Positions 39,155 through 50,726 of a DNA stretch of 64,000 bases are shown here, piece after piece. The notes under the pieces are model-generated. The model saw only the letters and a program-made list of their open reading frames with translations. It had not been told where the DNA came from and did no database searches. How positions within the stretch are numbered: the first letter of the stretch is position 1; each line of letters starts with the position of its first letter. The position numbers and the translations under genes were made by a program. This stretch comes from Vairimorpha necatrix (lineage: Eukaryota): the NCBI GenBank assembly GCA_036630325.1, contig CP142733.1, positions 682,001 through 746,000 on the forward strand, in the 5' to 3' direction.

Positions 39155-40411
39155 ATGCTTAACTTCTTCTTAGAAAAAGACTTCATCTCTAAAGGACTTC
39201 CTACAGTCTCAGAAATAGATTTAAAAGATAAACAACTTATGGACCAATTAGAACATTGTAATATTCACTATTCAATATTCTTATACCGTACAAAAACACT
39301 TTATAAAAAATCAATAAGATTATTACAAAAATTTATAAATGCTACAAAACACAATCTAGTCGCCATGGAGCAAATTCTGCTTACTTGTATACTTTTTGAT
39401 GACCAGAAACTTCTAGAAATGAATATGAAAGTATATAGAAGATTTCATAATAAAAATCTTGATAAAATCAAGTTTTTCGAAATCATAAAACGAAAAATCA
39501 TCGAGACAGATGATCAAGAAATCATATATTTCAATAATAAATGTACAGAAATATTTGATAAAATTTTTAAAGGTGATAAATCTTTTACATTACTAAGTTT
39601 TACAATATATAAAAAATATGATAAAAATTTTTTCATGGACATTGATAATAAAGTTGTATACGATTATAAATGTAATACAGATGAATATAATAAGATACTA
39701 AATAAATGTAAAGATTTTTTATTATATAATTTAGACTTGAATATATTATTTCTATATACTTATATTAGTAGAACGGGGTGTCTACTAAATAAATGTAAAG
39801 AAAAATGTTATGAGAAAAAAGACAAAGTATTAAGAGACATTTTAGTAAATGAGTTGTATTTATTGAAACAAGGACAAGATGATAGAGAATTTTTACTAAA
39901 ATTTTTTAAAAGGAAAAAAATTATAAAAGAAGAGAAAAACTATATAAAATTCAAAGAGATAGAGCCTGTGGAAATAACTTTTAAGGAAATAATACATAAA
40001 GATAACCTTACTAATAATAATAAATATGTACGACCAGGAAGAAAACAGTACAGATATAATCAAAAAGAGTATAGTGATGAAATGTACGGAGGAATAGGTA
40101 CAGTGTACACTAAAAAAGTAAGGAAATGTATATTTAAAAATGAAGAAGAAGACGAAAAACAGAATAAATTAGAGAACAACAAAAGTAGTGAAAAATGTAA
40201 GAAATCTAAAAATGAAAGCAGCGAAAAAAGCCAGAAAATTGATAAAAATAATAATAAAATGAATAAAATTGGTAAAAAGAAAATAAAGAACATTATTAGT
40301 AGTAGTAAAAAAACTAATAAAGACGAAAAAAAGAATGATAAAATTGAGAAAAAGAAAATGGAGAACAGCGATGATAAAAAAAGAAGAATAAGACGAACAA
40401 GTATGAAGTAG
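39155..40411 (+). CDS. Hypothetical protein, helical N-terminus and Lys-rich tail
   Basis: 418-aa ORF preceded by CGCCCCTTTTA. Confidence 0.8.
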   Translation: MLNFFLEKDFISKGLPTVSEIDLKDKQLMDQLEHCNIHYSIFLYRTKTLYKKSIRLLQKFINATKHNLVAMEQILLTCILFDDQKLLEMNMKVYRRFHNKNLDKIKFFEIIKRKIIETDDQEIIYFNNKCTEIFDKIFKGDKSFTLLSFTIYKKYDKNFFMDIDNKVVYDYKCNTDEYNKILNKCKDFLLYNLDLNILFLYTYISRTGCLLNKCKEKCYEKKDKVLRDILVNELYLLKQGQDDREFLLKFFKRKKIIKEEKNYIKFKEIEPVEITFKEIIHKDNLTNNNKYVRPGRKQYRYNQKEYSDEMYGGIGTVYTKKVRKCIFKNEEEDEKQNKLENNKSSEKCKKSKNESSEKSQKIDKNNNKMNKIGKKKIKNIISSSKKTNKDEKKNDKIEKKKMENSDDKKRRIRRTSMK

Positions 40412-40756
40412 TTAACACATATGGTAATGAAAAAAAGAAAGAAGAACAAAAAAATAAATATAAAATACGCCATAAGTTAGAAATCTAGTGAAACAAGGCA
40501 ACCTTATGTTTTTTACCTACAAAATTTTGGTGGATTATTCTATAATTTAATTATAATCTATATAATAATTGACCAAAAAACAGAGATCTAACATTTAAAT
40601 ACATAATTCAACAAATCATATATGAAATATTACGCCAAGAAACATAATTTATGGCGTTTAAAAGAAAAACGACAAATTCTTTTAAAATTTTTATAAAAAT
40701 AATTTTACACTACTTTATTTAGGATTAAAAAAATAATTTTTTTTTTTAAATAAAAA

Positions 40757-43700
40757 CTAAACTATTTTAATGTCGAACAAAGATTCCTCGTCATCTTCAT
40801 CATCATATTCATCCTCACTACTTATAACGATATATTTATCATTTTTCTTTTTATCCCAAAAAAAATTCCTACATTTTGCATTGAATTTACTCGCCAGTCC
40901 GAAAATGATAAGAATTAATATATTTAGCACTGCAAATAATAATGCCCAACTTGGTTTAAAAAAATCCCATAATGCTTTCCCAACCTCTTTTAAATTATCT
41001 AGTATATTGGATCTTTTATTTTTATTTTCTTTTTCATTAGATTTTGTCGGCTTTTTTTCTTCTTTTGATTTTTTATTTTCAGGAGGTTTTGTGGTCGACT
41101 TGCTTTTTTCTTTTTTTGGAGATTCTGTTGTTTTGCGTCCGTCCTCAGTTGACTTTTTATTTTCAGGAGGGTTTGTGGTCGACTTACTTTCTTCTTTTTT
41201 CGGAGATTCTGTTGTTTTGCGTCCGTCCTCAGTTGACTTTTTATTTTCAGTAGGTTTTGTGGTCGACTTACTTTCTTCTTTTTTCGGAGATTCTGTTGTT
41301 TTGCGTCCGTCCTCAGTTGACTTTTTATTTTCAGGATGGTTTGTGGTCGACTTACTTTCTTCTTTTTTCGGAAATTCCGTTGTTTTGCCATTGCTCTCAG
41401 TTGAAGAACTTTTATCATTTTTTCTTCTTTCTACGGATTCTGTAGAAAACTTATATTCTTCTTCATCATATGGTTTAGTAGACTTCGACCCGTCTTGTAT
41501 TGAACTTTTATCTCCATTAGTTCGTTCCACTGGCTTTGTTGTTGATTTGTTTTCTTCGTCGGTTTTTTGTTCAACTGTACTAGATTTAATCGTCTTCTTT
41601 TCTTCTTTTGTTTTTGTTGTCGAATTGGAATTTTCTTCTGATTTTTTTGTTTCTTCTTTTGATTTTGTTATCTTATCTTCACTTTCTGATTTTGTGGAAG
41701 GCTTTAATTCGTTTGTTGGTGTTGTTACCTCTTTATTTTCATCATTATTTTGCCGTTCCGTTGTAGATTTCGTTGACTTATTTTGTCTTTCTGATTCCGA
41801 AGATGATTTTTTTTCTTGTGGTACGCTCGTCGTTGACGAATTATTCGAGTTTTCTTTCTGTTGTTCTTCTACTGTAGATGTCGTTGGTTTGTCTTTATCA
41901 TCTTTATTAGGCTTTTTATCAGTCTTAGAGTTATTTTCATTTTGTGATTTTTTCTTATTGTTTGGGGAAGCATTCTTACCATTTGATGTAATTTTTTCAT
42001 TTACTTCATCTTTTATCTTTGTAATTATTTCAGAACCAATTTCAAAACCCACTTCGGCTGCTATTTCTGAACCAATTTTGGTTCCTTTTTTGACGGGTTT
42101 AACTACTTTGCCTATTGCTTTTTTGGCTGCCAATTTTGCTGCTTCGCCTCCCACTTCAATGGCGGCATCTTCTACATAATCTATGACATCACCAGCTACC
42201 TCTATAGCTTTTTTACCTAACCTACTCAATAAACCTGGCCCAGATGATTTAGTCTCTTGATTGTTTTTGTGTTTCCTTGGGCCCTTATTATCATATTCAA
42301 CACTATCTTCCTCACTACTATCATTTATTCTTTTTTTTCTTTTTGTCTTTTTTTCTGCTGTATTTTCAAAAGGTAAAGTTTTACTAATATTAGTCTCAAG
42401 AATCTCTTTGTTTGCACTACTCTTGTCATAATTATGTGTTGTTGTTGGAGTCGAATCAACTTTTAAATTAGTTTTATTATTTTTATTTTCGTCTTTATTT
42501 TTGCTTATGTCATCATAATTAAAATTGATGTCAGTAATTTTGGTCAAATCTTCTGTAGTCTTATTATACTTACTTGCATTAGTAGTAATATTGTCGTTTT
42601 GTGTAATTTCTTCATTTAACCCAGTATCGAAAATAATATCGTCTTGTATTGTGACAGTAGATTTATCTTCTTGTTTAGTAATTTTACTAGTCAAATTATC
42701 TTTTTTTGTGGTTTCATTTTCGACTGACAACTCTTTAGATGTTACATCTTCGATTTTATCTATCTGTTTTTTATTACTATCTTGTTGATTTTTTTGAACT
42801 TCCGAGGAAACTTCTTTATTATTTCCCGATCCTTTTTTTATTCTATCTGCAAATGTTTCTGACGCCGTATTGATATTATTTTCTTGGATTCCCTCATGTA
42901 CTTCTTCTTCATCTATTTTTTTAAAAGTATCCGGAATATTTTTATTTGCGTCATCATAATGTTCAAGTGGTTTATCGTCCGATTCATATTCTTCGTTATT
43001 TTGTTGGTTTGAGTTGTGGTCATTTTCCGCATCTAGACGTTCGTTTGAATCTTCGATTGCCATATATTTGTCTTCTAAATCATTTCCCGGATCATTTGAA
43101 TTTTGTTCATCTATATCATCTGTTTCTAAATCATTATAGGCTAAAGAACGAAGAATATCATCTAAAATATTTGTATTATCACTAAATTCGTAGTTTTTAT
43201 CATTTTTCGAGCATCTATTTTTTATTAAAAATAACCCCGAAGCTGTATCCAGCATCAATTTTTTCATGTCAGGCATCGTTCGCATTTTTTTATTACTAAA
43301 ATAGAATTTTTTAATAAATCTATCAATGTTTTCATCAAATTTATACATTATGTCATCGAAATCCATAAAATCTTCTTCCTTTTTTATTTTTTTCCCTTTA
43401 TTATGTTTGGAATTTTTTATAATAGTACAATCATTAATACTATTCCATAAAAGATTTAATTCTAAAGGAGTAAACAATTTTTTGAGAAATTTAATATCTG
43501 ATAATTTGATAATTAGGTCAAAATTATCTACCACAAAATATTTTAGTTCCTCATAACACAGACGTTTAGCGAATGGGATTAATATGTCACTGTCTTTACA
43601 TGCATATCTTTTTATAGAATTAAAAAAAATAGATTCTATTTCAGCTTGATGTAAATTACGCAATTTTTTTTCAGGATAAATATCATGCATAATATTATAT

Positions 43701-44077
43701 GCCTTTTTTCTTTCGAGTACTTTTCTAAAGAAGTCGATTAACACTAATTTAAGTTTGTGTTTATTTTTGTAATTTATATTAGCACCTTCTTCATCTTTAT
43801 TTGTTTTTTTCCTATTATTTTTAGATTTAGTTTTTCTATTCAAATATTTCAATCTTTCCAAATCATATTTTCTCGGATTGTATGAAGGGTCGAGATCATA
43901 TTCTTGATATTTTAATGGATTATAACTACTTTGGTTTTCTAAATATAATCCGCCAATATTTGGAATTTCAATTCTATGTGTTCCATTGTGGATATCAATC
44001 GTATTATAAATATTGCTCATTGCGCACTGATGAAATTTAAAATAAAATAGACTCTTTAAGAATTTTTTTAAAAGCAT
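40757..44077 (-). CDS. Large putative surface/membrane-anchored protein with S/T/K/E-rich stalk
   Basis: 1106-aa ORF; ACCCCAT before ATG; possible short signal peptide; single C-terminal TM (WALLFAVLNILILIIFGLA) and acidic tail. Confidence 0.9.
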   Translation of the reverse strand: MLLKKFLKSLFYFKFHQCAMSNIYNTIDIHNGTHRIEIPNIGGLYLENQSSYNPLKYQEYDLDPSYNPRKYDLERLKYLNRKTKSKNNRKKTNKDEEGANINYKNKHKLKLVLIDFFRKVLERKKAYNIMHDIYPEKKLRNLHQAEIESIFFNSIKRYACKDSDILIPFAKRLCYEELKYFVVDNFDLIIKLSDIKFLKKLFTPLELNLLWNSINDCTIIKNSKHNKGKKIKKEEDFMDFDDIMYKFDENIDRFIKKFYFSNKKMRTMPDMKKLMLDTASGLFLIKNRCSKNDKNYEFSDNTNILDDILRSLAYNDLETDDIDEQNSNDPGNDLEDKYMAIEDSNERLDAENDHNSNQQNNEEYESDDKPLEHYDDANKNIPDTFKKIDEEEVHEGIQENNINTASETFADRIKKGSGNNKEVSSEVQKNQQDSNKKQIDKIEDVTSKELSVENETTKKDNLTSKITKQEDKSTVTIQDDIIFDTGLNEEITQNDNITTNASKYNKTTEDLTKITDINFNYDDISKNKDENKNNKTNLKVDSTPTTTHNYDKSSANKEILETNISKTLPFENTAEKKTKRKKRINDSSEEDSVEYDNKGPRKHKNNQETKSSGPGLLSRLGKKAIEVAGDVIDYVEDAAIEVGGEAAKLAAKKAIGKVVKPVKKGTKIGSEIAAEVGFEIGSEIITKIKDEVNEKITSNGKNASPNNKKKSQNENNSKTDKKPNKDDKDKPTTSTVEEQQKENSNNSSTTSVPQEKKSSSESERQNKSTKSTTERQNNDENKEVTTPTNELKPSTKSESEDKITKSKEETKKSEENSNSTTKTKEEKKTIKSSTVEQKTDEENKSTTKPVERTNGDKSSIQDGSKSTKPYDEEEYKFSTESVERRKNDKSSSTESNGKTTEFPKKEESKSTTNHPENKKSTEDGRKTTESPKKEESKSTTKPTENKKSTEDGRKTTESPKKEESKSTTNPPENKKSTEDGRKTTESPKKEKSKSTTKPPENKKSKEEKKPTKSNEKENKNKRSNILDNLKEVGKALWDFFKPSWALLFAVLNILILIIFGLASKFNAKCRNFFWDKKKNDKYIVISSEDEYDDEDDEESLFDIKIV
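41065..41400 (-). repeat. 84-bp (28-aa) coding tandem repeat, about 3.5-4 copies
   Basis: KKEESKSTTNPPENKKSTEDGRKTTESP; GTGGTCGAC recurs every 84 bp. Confidence 0.92.
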
Positions 44078-46899
44078 ATGGGGTAAATTAATTTATGTTT
44101 TAATACGTGGTTTTAAAATTTTTGACATTTAACGTTTTTATATTAAAAAATTTATTTTTGTGATTTTCTCTGAAAACAAAACTATTAAAGCCATATAAAA
44201 AGTTTAAAATTTTCTTTTGTGTAAATCGAGTCATTCAAACTCATTTAATTCCAAAATATATTGATTTTTTTGACGGCAGGCGAATTTATAGTGCTTCGCA
44301 GAATTATACAAATAACAATAGTTTTACATAAAACTACCAATTTTCGACTGTAAAGTTATTACGAACTATTAAAACGCCTATGATTTAATTATAAGCATGT
44401 CTCTTAACTATTTATGTGTAAATTTATCTTATTTATTTTTACTTTTTGTTATTTCATTTTTGATTTTTAGAACTTGTCAAATTTAATATTCAAAATGAAA
44501 AAGAGCATTTTTATTCTATTTATAAATAAAACAAAAGATAACTTAAGTATTCTTTAAAATATACAAACAACATAACACTGATGAAATCATCATCTTAAAA
44601 ATTTTCTATTAAAAAAATATCGTGTTTTGGTTCTTTCTAATAAATTTTACGTTTATATAATATCAATGAAAAATTTATCTAAATGACTACATATAAACAT
44701 AAAAACTCATGTATTGTCTCAAAAATCACAAGAGCCATCGAAAAACAAAAGGATAAAAGAAATTATTTTGAAAGATAGAAGAAATATAGCATATTAGAAT
44801 TTGATTTCAGCCTTACAACAAAGCTCAATAAGAAATGCTATAAAGTCAGTTTCAATACATTTTCAACTACGATTTAATATGAACAAATTGAATTATAGCA
44901 AAAGACGTCTATTTCAATACTTTTAATATTATCATTGTCTTTTAAATTCTACCAATAATTTGTCTAGTATTAACGAAATTGAGAGTATACTTTAGTATAT
45001 ATGACCACCATAAAGAAAAGAATGAAGAACTAAAATAAATGTCCTCTGCAACTTTGGGTTAGAACTAAGTGACAATTCTTTTGCAACAACAGAAATGACT
45101 AAGAAAAATTTTGAATATTAATATTGATTTTGAACACGTTTAGACAAATTTATCAATAAAAAGGACATAACAATTACAATTTTAAAATAGTTTCCGTATT
45201 TTAAAATGATAAAGAGCGAAACCAATAATTTACCATTTAAATTATGTTTTCTTTTATGATACCCTTTCAATTTAACACTCGTGCACAAATAATACTTTTG
45301 GTGTATAAAAATATAAGAAAAACTAATTTTTGGCATTTCCTTTTTATTCCTTCCAAAGGCATAAATATAAGGAATACTTGATCGCGAAGAAATCATCTTT
45401 TATTATTATATTAGTCTTTGAAAATTTAGGATAAATGAAAATAATAAGGACAAACACGCTAGACTTATAATTAAATTATCTAGACTGGAACTAATTATTC
45501 GTTTCAATTTATCATGAAATATGAAAAAGATTCGTGCAATCATAAACATTGTATGAAGATTGGTCTATATTTTGAACAAAATAAACTTCATTTAATTTGA
45601 TATGCAGTCTTTAACTGATGAAGAGAAAATTAAGTTCACTTTGAAAAAAAAATAATCAATGATGTTTATTTTCACTCAAAAAAGCAGAGAATTATTTTAA
45701 TCGTGTATAAGTAAATCAAAAGAGACACGTTGTTGATATAAAATTTTTTAGACTATACATAAATTTTATCATCAATCTATTACTTAATATGTTTATTTTT
45801 TCAATTGAACAATAAAACAGCGTGATATGGTCGGAAACTTTGCTTAAGTCATTTCGAGGTATTGATAACTATAACACTAAATTATATAATGGAAGCGTGT
45901 TTTTTGTCAATTTTATGTCATAGGTATGAAATAATATCGAAAGAAAAACATTTAGTATCCAACGAAAAAAGGTGGCGGAAGAAGATCTGCTTTTATATAA
46001 AGATTGTTTATTTGATATTATATTTTTTTGTGGGGGGGGGGAACATCCTTAAATACTTTTGTAATTTACATGACAAGCGATGACAGTAAACAAACAACAA
46101 TAATGCAGGGAATGCACTTAAGCCCTATATCATGCGGTTTTGGTATATCCGGTAATTTATATAAAAAATTTGTTATAAAACAATAAATTTTGATTTTTAT
46201 ATTCTGATTTAAAAAGAAATTAGGGTGCAACTAATTTTTTTTTAGATGAATATATGGAAACGTTTTAAATATTATCAAATTTTAAAAGCAGCTTTATTTA
46301 AACTTTATTAGTCATAAATGTTTTTTTCTTAGGAAGGTCTCATTTGTCGTTGCGAGCCCATTGTCGCCCGAGCCGGACTGGCTACCGGAATTTTTACTAT
46401 TTTTTAAAACATTTTTTATTTTAATTCTGAAATTTATATTTCCATAATTTTTTACCAATATCTCTTGTTGGAAAGAGTACATGAGTCTGTCCGAAATTGC
46501 ATGTTTATTGAAAAGCTTTCCTTTTTATATTTATGTTTGAAACAATGATTGTGATAATCATGTCGGATTGGACCAGCTTATAATGGAACTGTTTGATATC
46601 TGATAGAGAGCTATGATTGGTAACAAGAGTTACAACATCTTTAATCAGTAACTATTTTACAGGATTTTTTTTGCACTTAATTTTTACACATATGCGACTC
46701 AAACAAATGTTCGCCGCAACCCCCCAAAGAGAAACCATTGAGCTAAACAGCTTATAAATAAAACTATTAAAATACTAATATCAAGTATTTTTCGCGTTTA
46801 AATTTCTTTTTCGCTTTAATTAAATTAATTAAAACTCAAGAAGAGTATGATTTTTTTGTTAAAATACGGCAAGGAGATGATTTGATTAGTGACGTCCAA

Positions 46900-47867
46900 A
46901 ATCAATCAAGATTTCGGCTTAAAAAGCTGCCGAGAAGTTTATTTTGTAAATAATATACTTTTCTGTGGGATTTTATTTGCTTCACAAAAGGTTTGCAGTA
47001 GGGAGCATGGTGTAGTCCATGAAAATAGAAATACAAATTCTACATGGTCAATATCACTATGGATTTAATCGTCTATATGAGTTGTTTCAGCAATTTACTT
47101 TTATCCCGGGAATCGTTGTGGGAGAGGTCTGCAAAGGGAGCAATGTTTGTTTCCAGGCACAACCTCTAAAAAAGTATATCTACAATTGTATATTATATTA
47201 AATCCCCTAGAGTAGGTTATCATCGACCTAATAGACACGAGGGTCTATGACGACCAGAACGAAGGACATAGTGTGTTACTTACAGTTTTGCACGCATATT
47301 TAAAGTATGCATTAACTAGTGTTATGAAATCTAAAACGGTTTCGGAAGTTTTATTACATTTGAATATAATTTCAATCGACATGTTTTTCTTAGTATTTTG
47401 GTGTATCAATGGAAAAGTAGATAAAATTCATTTTACTCTAATTCTGAGAGAGAATAAAAATTTACTAGTCCATGACAGACATAGTCAACCTTAAAGTCAA
47501 GCTGAGAGATTAAATCAATTCTTTTACTTGAAAGTTGTAAAAACATTGCTACGCAGAATTTGGTACAAATAATAAAAACTAGGATTATTAAAGACGCAGT
47601 AGTTTATCAATACAACATCGCATTACATTCTCAACGATTAAAATATCCATTTGAATTATTTTATGGAAGAAAGGAGTATTATATGTAAAAGCAGTACGAG
47701 GATAAAGAAATTAATTTTGAATATTTAAATCTATTGTTTACGCATGAAATTTGATCTATGATAGACATAAAATATCTGTTAAGTATGGGCAAAAAATGTT
47801 TTCATAATTCTGTAATGATTTTTTATGGTGAAAGGATTATTTTAAAAATAGACTTTGATACTAATTC
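46900..47867 (+). pseudogene. Decayed rve-type integrase/transposase (Ginger-like), interrupted by Merlin
   Basis: H..HYGFNRLYE..C..C-like zinc region; IDLIDTRVY..NEGH..LLTV; SQAERLNQ; YN...HS....PFELFYGR; many stops; may resume after 49011. Confidence 0.6.
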
Positions 47868-49003
47868 GGTTAAATTGCGATGTTATCCCCCCCCACCCCT
47901 AAAAAAATAAAAAAAGGGGAAAAAATAAAATTTATTCAATTATCTCAAAATCAAATTCAGGGGCTAAATCGTATTTAAAACCCATATATTTTGAACTTCA
48001 AAAAGGCATAACATTCTTTCAAGTAGTGATTCTCTATAAATTAACATAAAACGAGCTATATAAAGTTTTCGAACGAGATTCATTAAAGAACCATAACTTG
48101 TTCCTTCTTTGTGCATTTCCCTTTTAATTACAGACCACATTCCCTCAATTGTTTGGGTGTGGGCGTCTGTTGTTGGATTTACAAAATTTTAGCTATGATT
48201 TACAGTTAAATGTATATGGTTATAATCCATACATAGTTCCGAAAACCCTTCATAACCCCGCCAACAATCAGTAATAATTGTAGATCCAGGTGCGATTTTT
48301 CGTTTAATTAAATCGACAAGAGTAGTTCTTGATCGATTTTCAATAATTTCGAAAAAAAAGAATTGCTGTCTCCTCGTACAACTCCACCAACGGCCCAAAC
48401 TTGGTATTGAAGGATTCTACCGTTATGGTTTTTACTTTTAACAAGCAATGTCTCGTCTATTTCATCTACGCAATTTAAACCTCCTATGGTTTTGTTTCGA
48501 AGGTAGTTGAAATAGGATAAGAATACAGCGTTATTAAAACGCGTAAACCAGCGAGATACGGTACTACTATCTATATCCAATTCGATAGTAGCCGAAACAT
48601 TGCTTACACCTTTAACCCATTCACACAGCAAAATTAAAAGATCTTCGATATCTAATATAGAACTTTTAAAAATGCCTTCTTTGTAAATGTTACCTTTGTT
48701 TGAGCATTTTCTCCCATTTCGTCGTAAGTAACAACGATATTTGTCCAAATTATTTCTAATTTTGGTCATGAGTATCATGCACTTATTGCACATTGGTACC
48801 TTTAATATATTTTGTTCAAGAAGAAATAAAAATAATTCCTCTTTTTTATATATTAATTTTCTAAAATTCTTTATGTTCATTTTAGGTATAATTTTATTCC
48901 TTTTTTAGTTTTGTCTTTTTTTTATTTTTTCCCCTTTTTTTATTTTCCCCCTTTTTTTTATTTTTTTTTGGATGGGGGGGGGGGGCAACATCGCAATTTA
49001 ACC
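47868..49003 (-). mobile_element. Merlin (IS1016/ISXO2-like) DNA transposon
   Basis: TIR GGTTAAATTGCGATGTT; 8-bp TSD ACTAATTC; transposase EIDET, ITDCWRGY, TVNHS, HTQTIE with a frameshift near 48350 and a stop at 48189. Confidence 0.93.
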
Positions 49004-49562
49004 ACTAATTCTTTACAAAAAGGTTAAAATTAAGCTCGGAAGTTCTTAACCATAAGAAATTTGTCTAAGAATGTTTAATTGAAGTTTAATATTTTTTAAA
49101 AATTGTGTAAAAAAATTTTGTTATAAATATAACCAGGTAGGCATACATAAACTAATTTATCACTTTTTTTTTTTTATTTTACAATTTAAATTCAATTCTT
49201 TTTTTATACTTTTTTATAGTATTCTAGCGTTAATTTAGTCGAAATTAAACAAAGATGATAGATTAATATATCAAATTGAATCTAATCGATATTGTTCTTA
49301 TGTAGTTTGTTTTGGCTTTATATAGCACAACCATTTTTGCAAAAACATATTAGATTAATAATCTTGGTTAATATTGTTCTGACTAAACCTTAATATTTAT
49401 CAATTTACTGTGTAAATTATTATTTTTAACTTTTTAACAAATATAAACTGTCCTAAAAAATCACTGATAACATAATTAGTACGTGTAAATATGCTGTAAG
49501 TAAATTAATATAGTTTTACTAGTAAAATACAAGAATTTAAATTTATAACAAACGACTTTTAA

Positions 49563-49722
49563 CCCTTAATAGCCTGATTTACGGAAGTGTTTTTTTTTAA
49601 TATCACTGTGTTTGCTTGGTGGTCTAGATGAAGGGGAAAATAGCTAAAAAAATCACAATATTTATTTTACATATTTATTTAGCGCAAAAAACAGGTCTCA
49701 ATTTTGATACTTCAGGTATTAA
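49563..49722. mobile_element. Older piggyBac-like MITE remnant
   Basis: TTAA-CCCTTAATAGCCTGA left end; TCAGGTATTAA right-end remnant disrupted by the next element. Confidence 0.5.
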
Positions 49723-49922
49723 CCCTTAATAACCTAGAGTTTCAATTTTTATACCAATCTTTTAAACCGAATTTGTACATTACTATTCGTTTTTTTTTAT
49801 AGGTTGGCTGTACGTATTTTACTGTTGTTTAATATTTTTCAATGTAATTAAAGAAAACGAATAGTAATGTGAACATTCGGTTTAAAATTGGTATAAAAAT
49901 TGAAACTCTAGGTTATTAAGGG
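49723..49922. mobile_element. piggyBac-like MITE (200 bp)
   Basis: TTAA flanks, CCC...GGG termini, TIRs of about 70 bp (CCCTTAATAACCTAGAGTTTCAATTTTTATACCAAT). Confidence 0.88.
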
Positions 49923-50315
49923 TTAAGAAGTTATTCAAATAATTTAAGATAGATATTTATAAAAATACCATGCTAACATAAAATATGTTGGAAAATAAAC
50001 TTTGTTTTTGATTCTAGTACACTATTTAGGAGATAAATTATAGTAAAAATTAAAAAGATAAAAAATTGAGCGTTTTTAATAAGTTCTTTGTGATAAACAT
50101 TTTAAACAACCCCTTAGAGCATTTTAGATAGCTTCTTTTCGGTATGATTTTACAAAAATTTTTTTTTGGGGAACCAGTTCGCCTCGGGTAACCAACCATC
50201 CGGGACATCTCACATACAAAATTAGAGGCACGAGTTTCTAACAATTTGCGTATTTAAAAATTAGACATCCATAGATACTAGATATGATTATTTGACACAT
50301 TTTAAGCTTTTATAT

Positions 50316-50568
50316 TGGCGTGCTGCACAGGGATGCGGCTTGTTATAAAGTAATATTCTAAAGAACTAAATGTTTGCCCGTCTGTCCCTGGCAGGCTTTT
50401 ATATTGTTTATTGTAATTATTTTTATTTAGTTTTTCTCCTTGGATTCCATTTCCTTTTTGTGTGGGGTTTAAAATAAAATATTTTAAAAATAAGAAGGAG
50501 GGAAAATAATTAAAATTGTAAAATTCATCCTATAAGAAATAGAGATGTTATGTGGTCATAATACCACA
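50316..50568 (-). mobile_element. Solo LTR (253 bp)
   Basis: TG...CA termini, TATAT on both flanks, 5' hairpin TGTGGT-ATTATG-ACCACA; first 11 nt identical to the solo LTR ending at 58715. Confidence 0.65.
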
Positions 50569-50726
50569 TATATAAATCCCTATTTTTACATTGATGATTT
50601 AAAAGACCATTGCTATTTTTAAAGAAAATTCTAAATTTTACAGGTAAAATTTTTGTTTTAATAAATATAGTTGATTTTTTTAAGATATTTTAAAAAATAT
50701 TATTCTATAAAAATCAAATCTGTTTA

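Noticed and set aside
40770-42179. 469-aa plus-strand ORF (also 40060..40473 and other F/S/L-rich ORFs)
   Set aside because: Antisense shadows of K/E/S/T-rich genes
45400-46235. Possible decayed Tc1-like transposase (VFTDE-like remnant); similar hints at 1300-2300
   Set aside because: Too degraded; no TIR pair or ordered motifs established
50091-50214. Possible further solo LTR ending CCGGGACATCTCACA
   Set aside because: End resembles the LTR 3' motif but no 5' hairpin or TSD could be fixed
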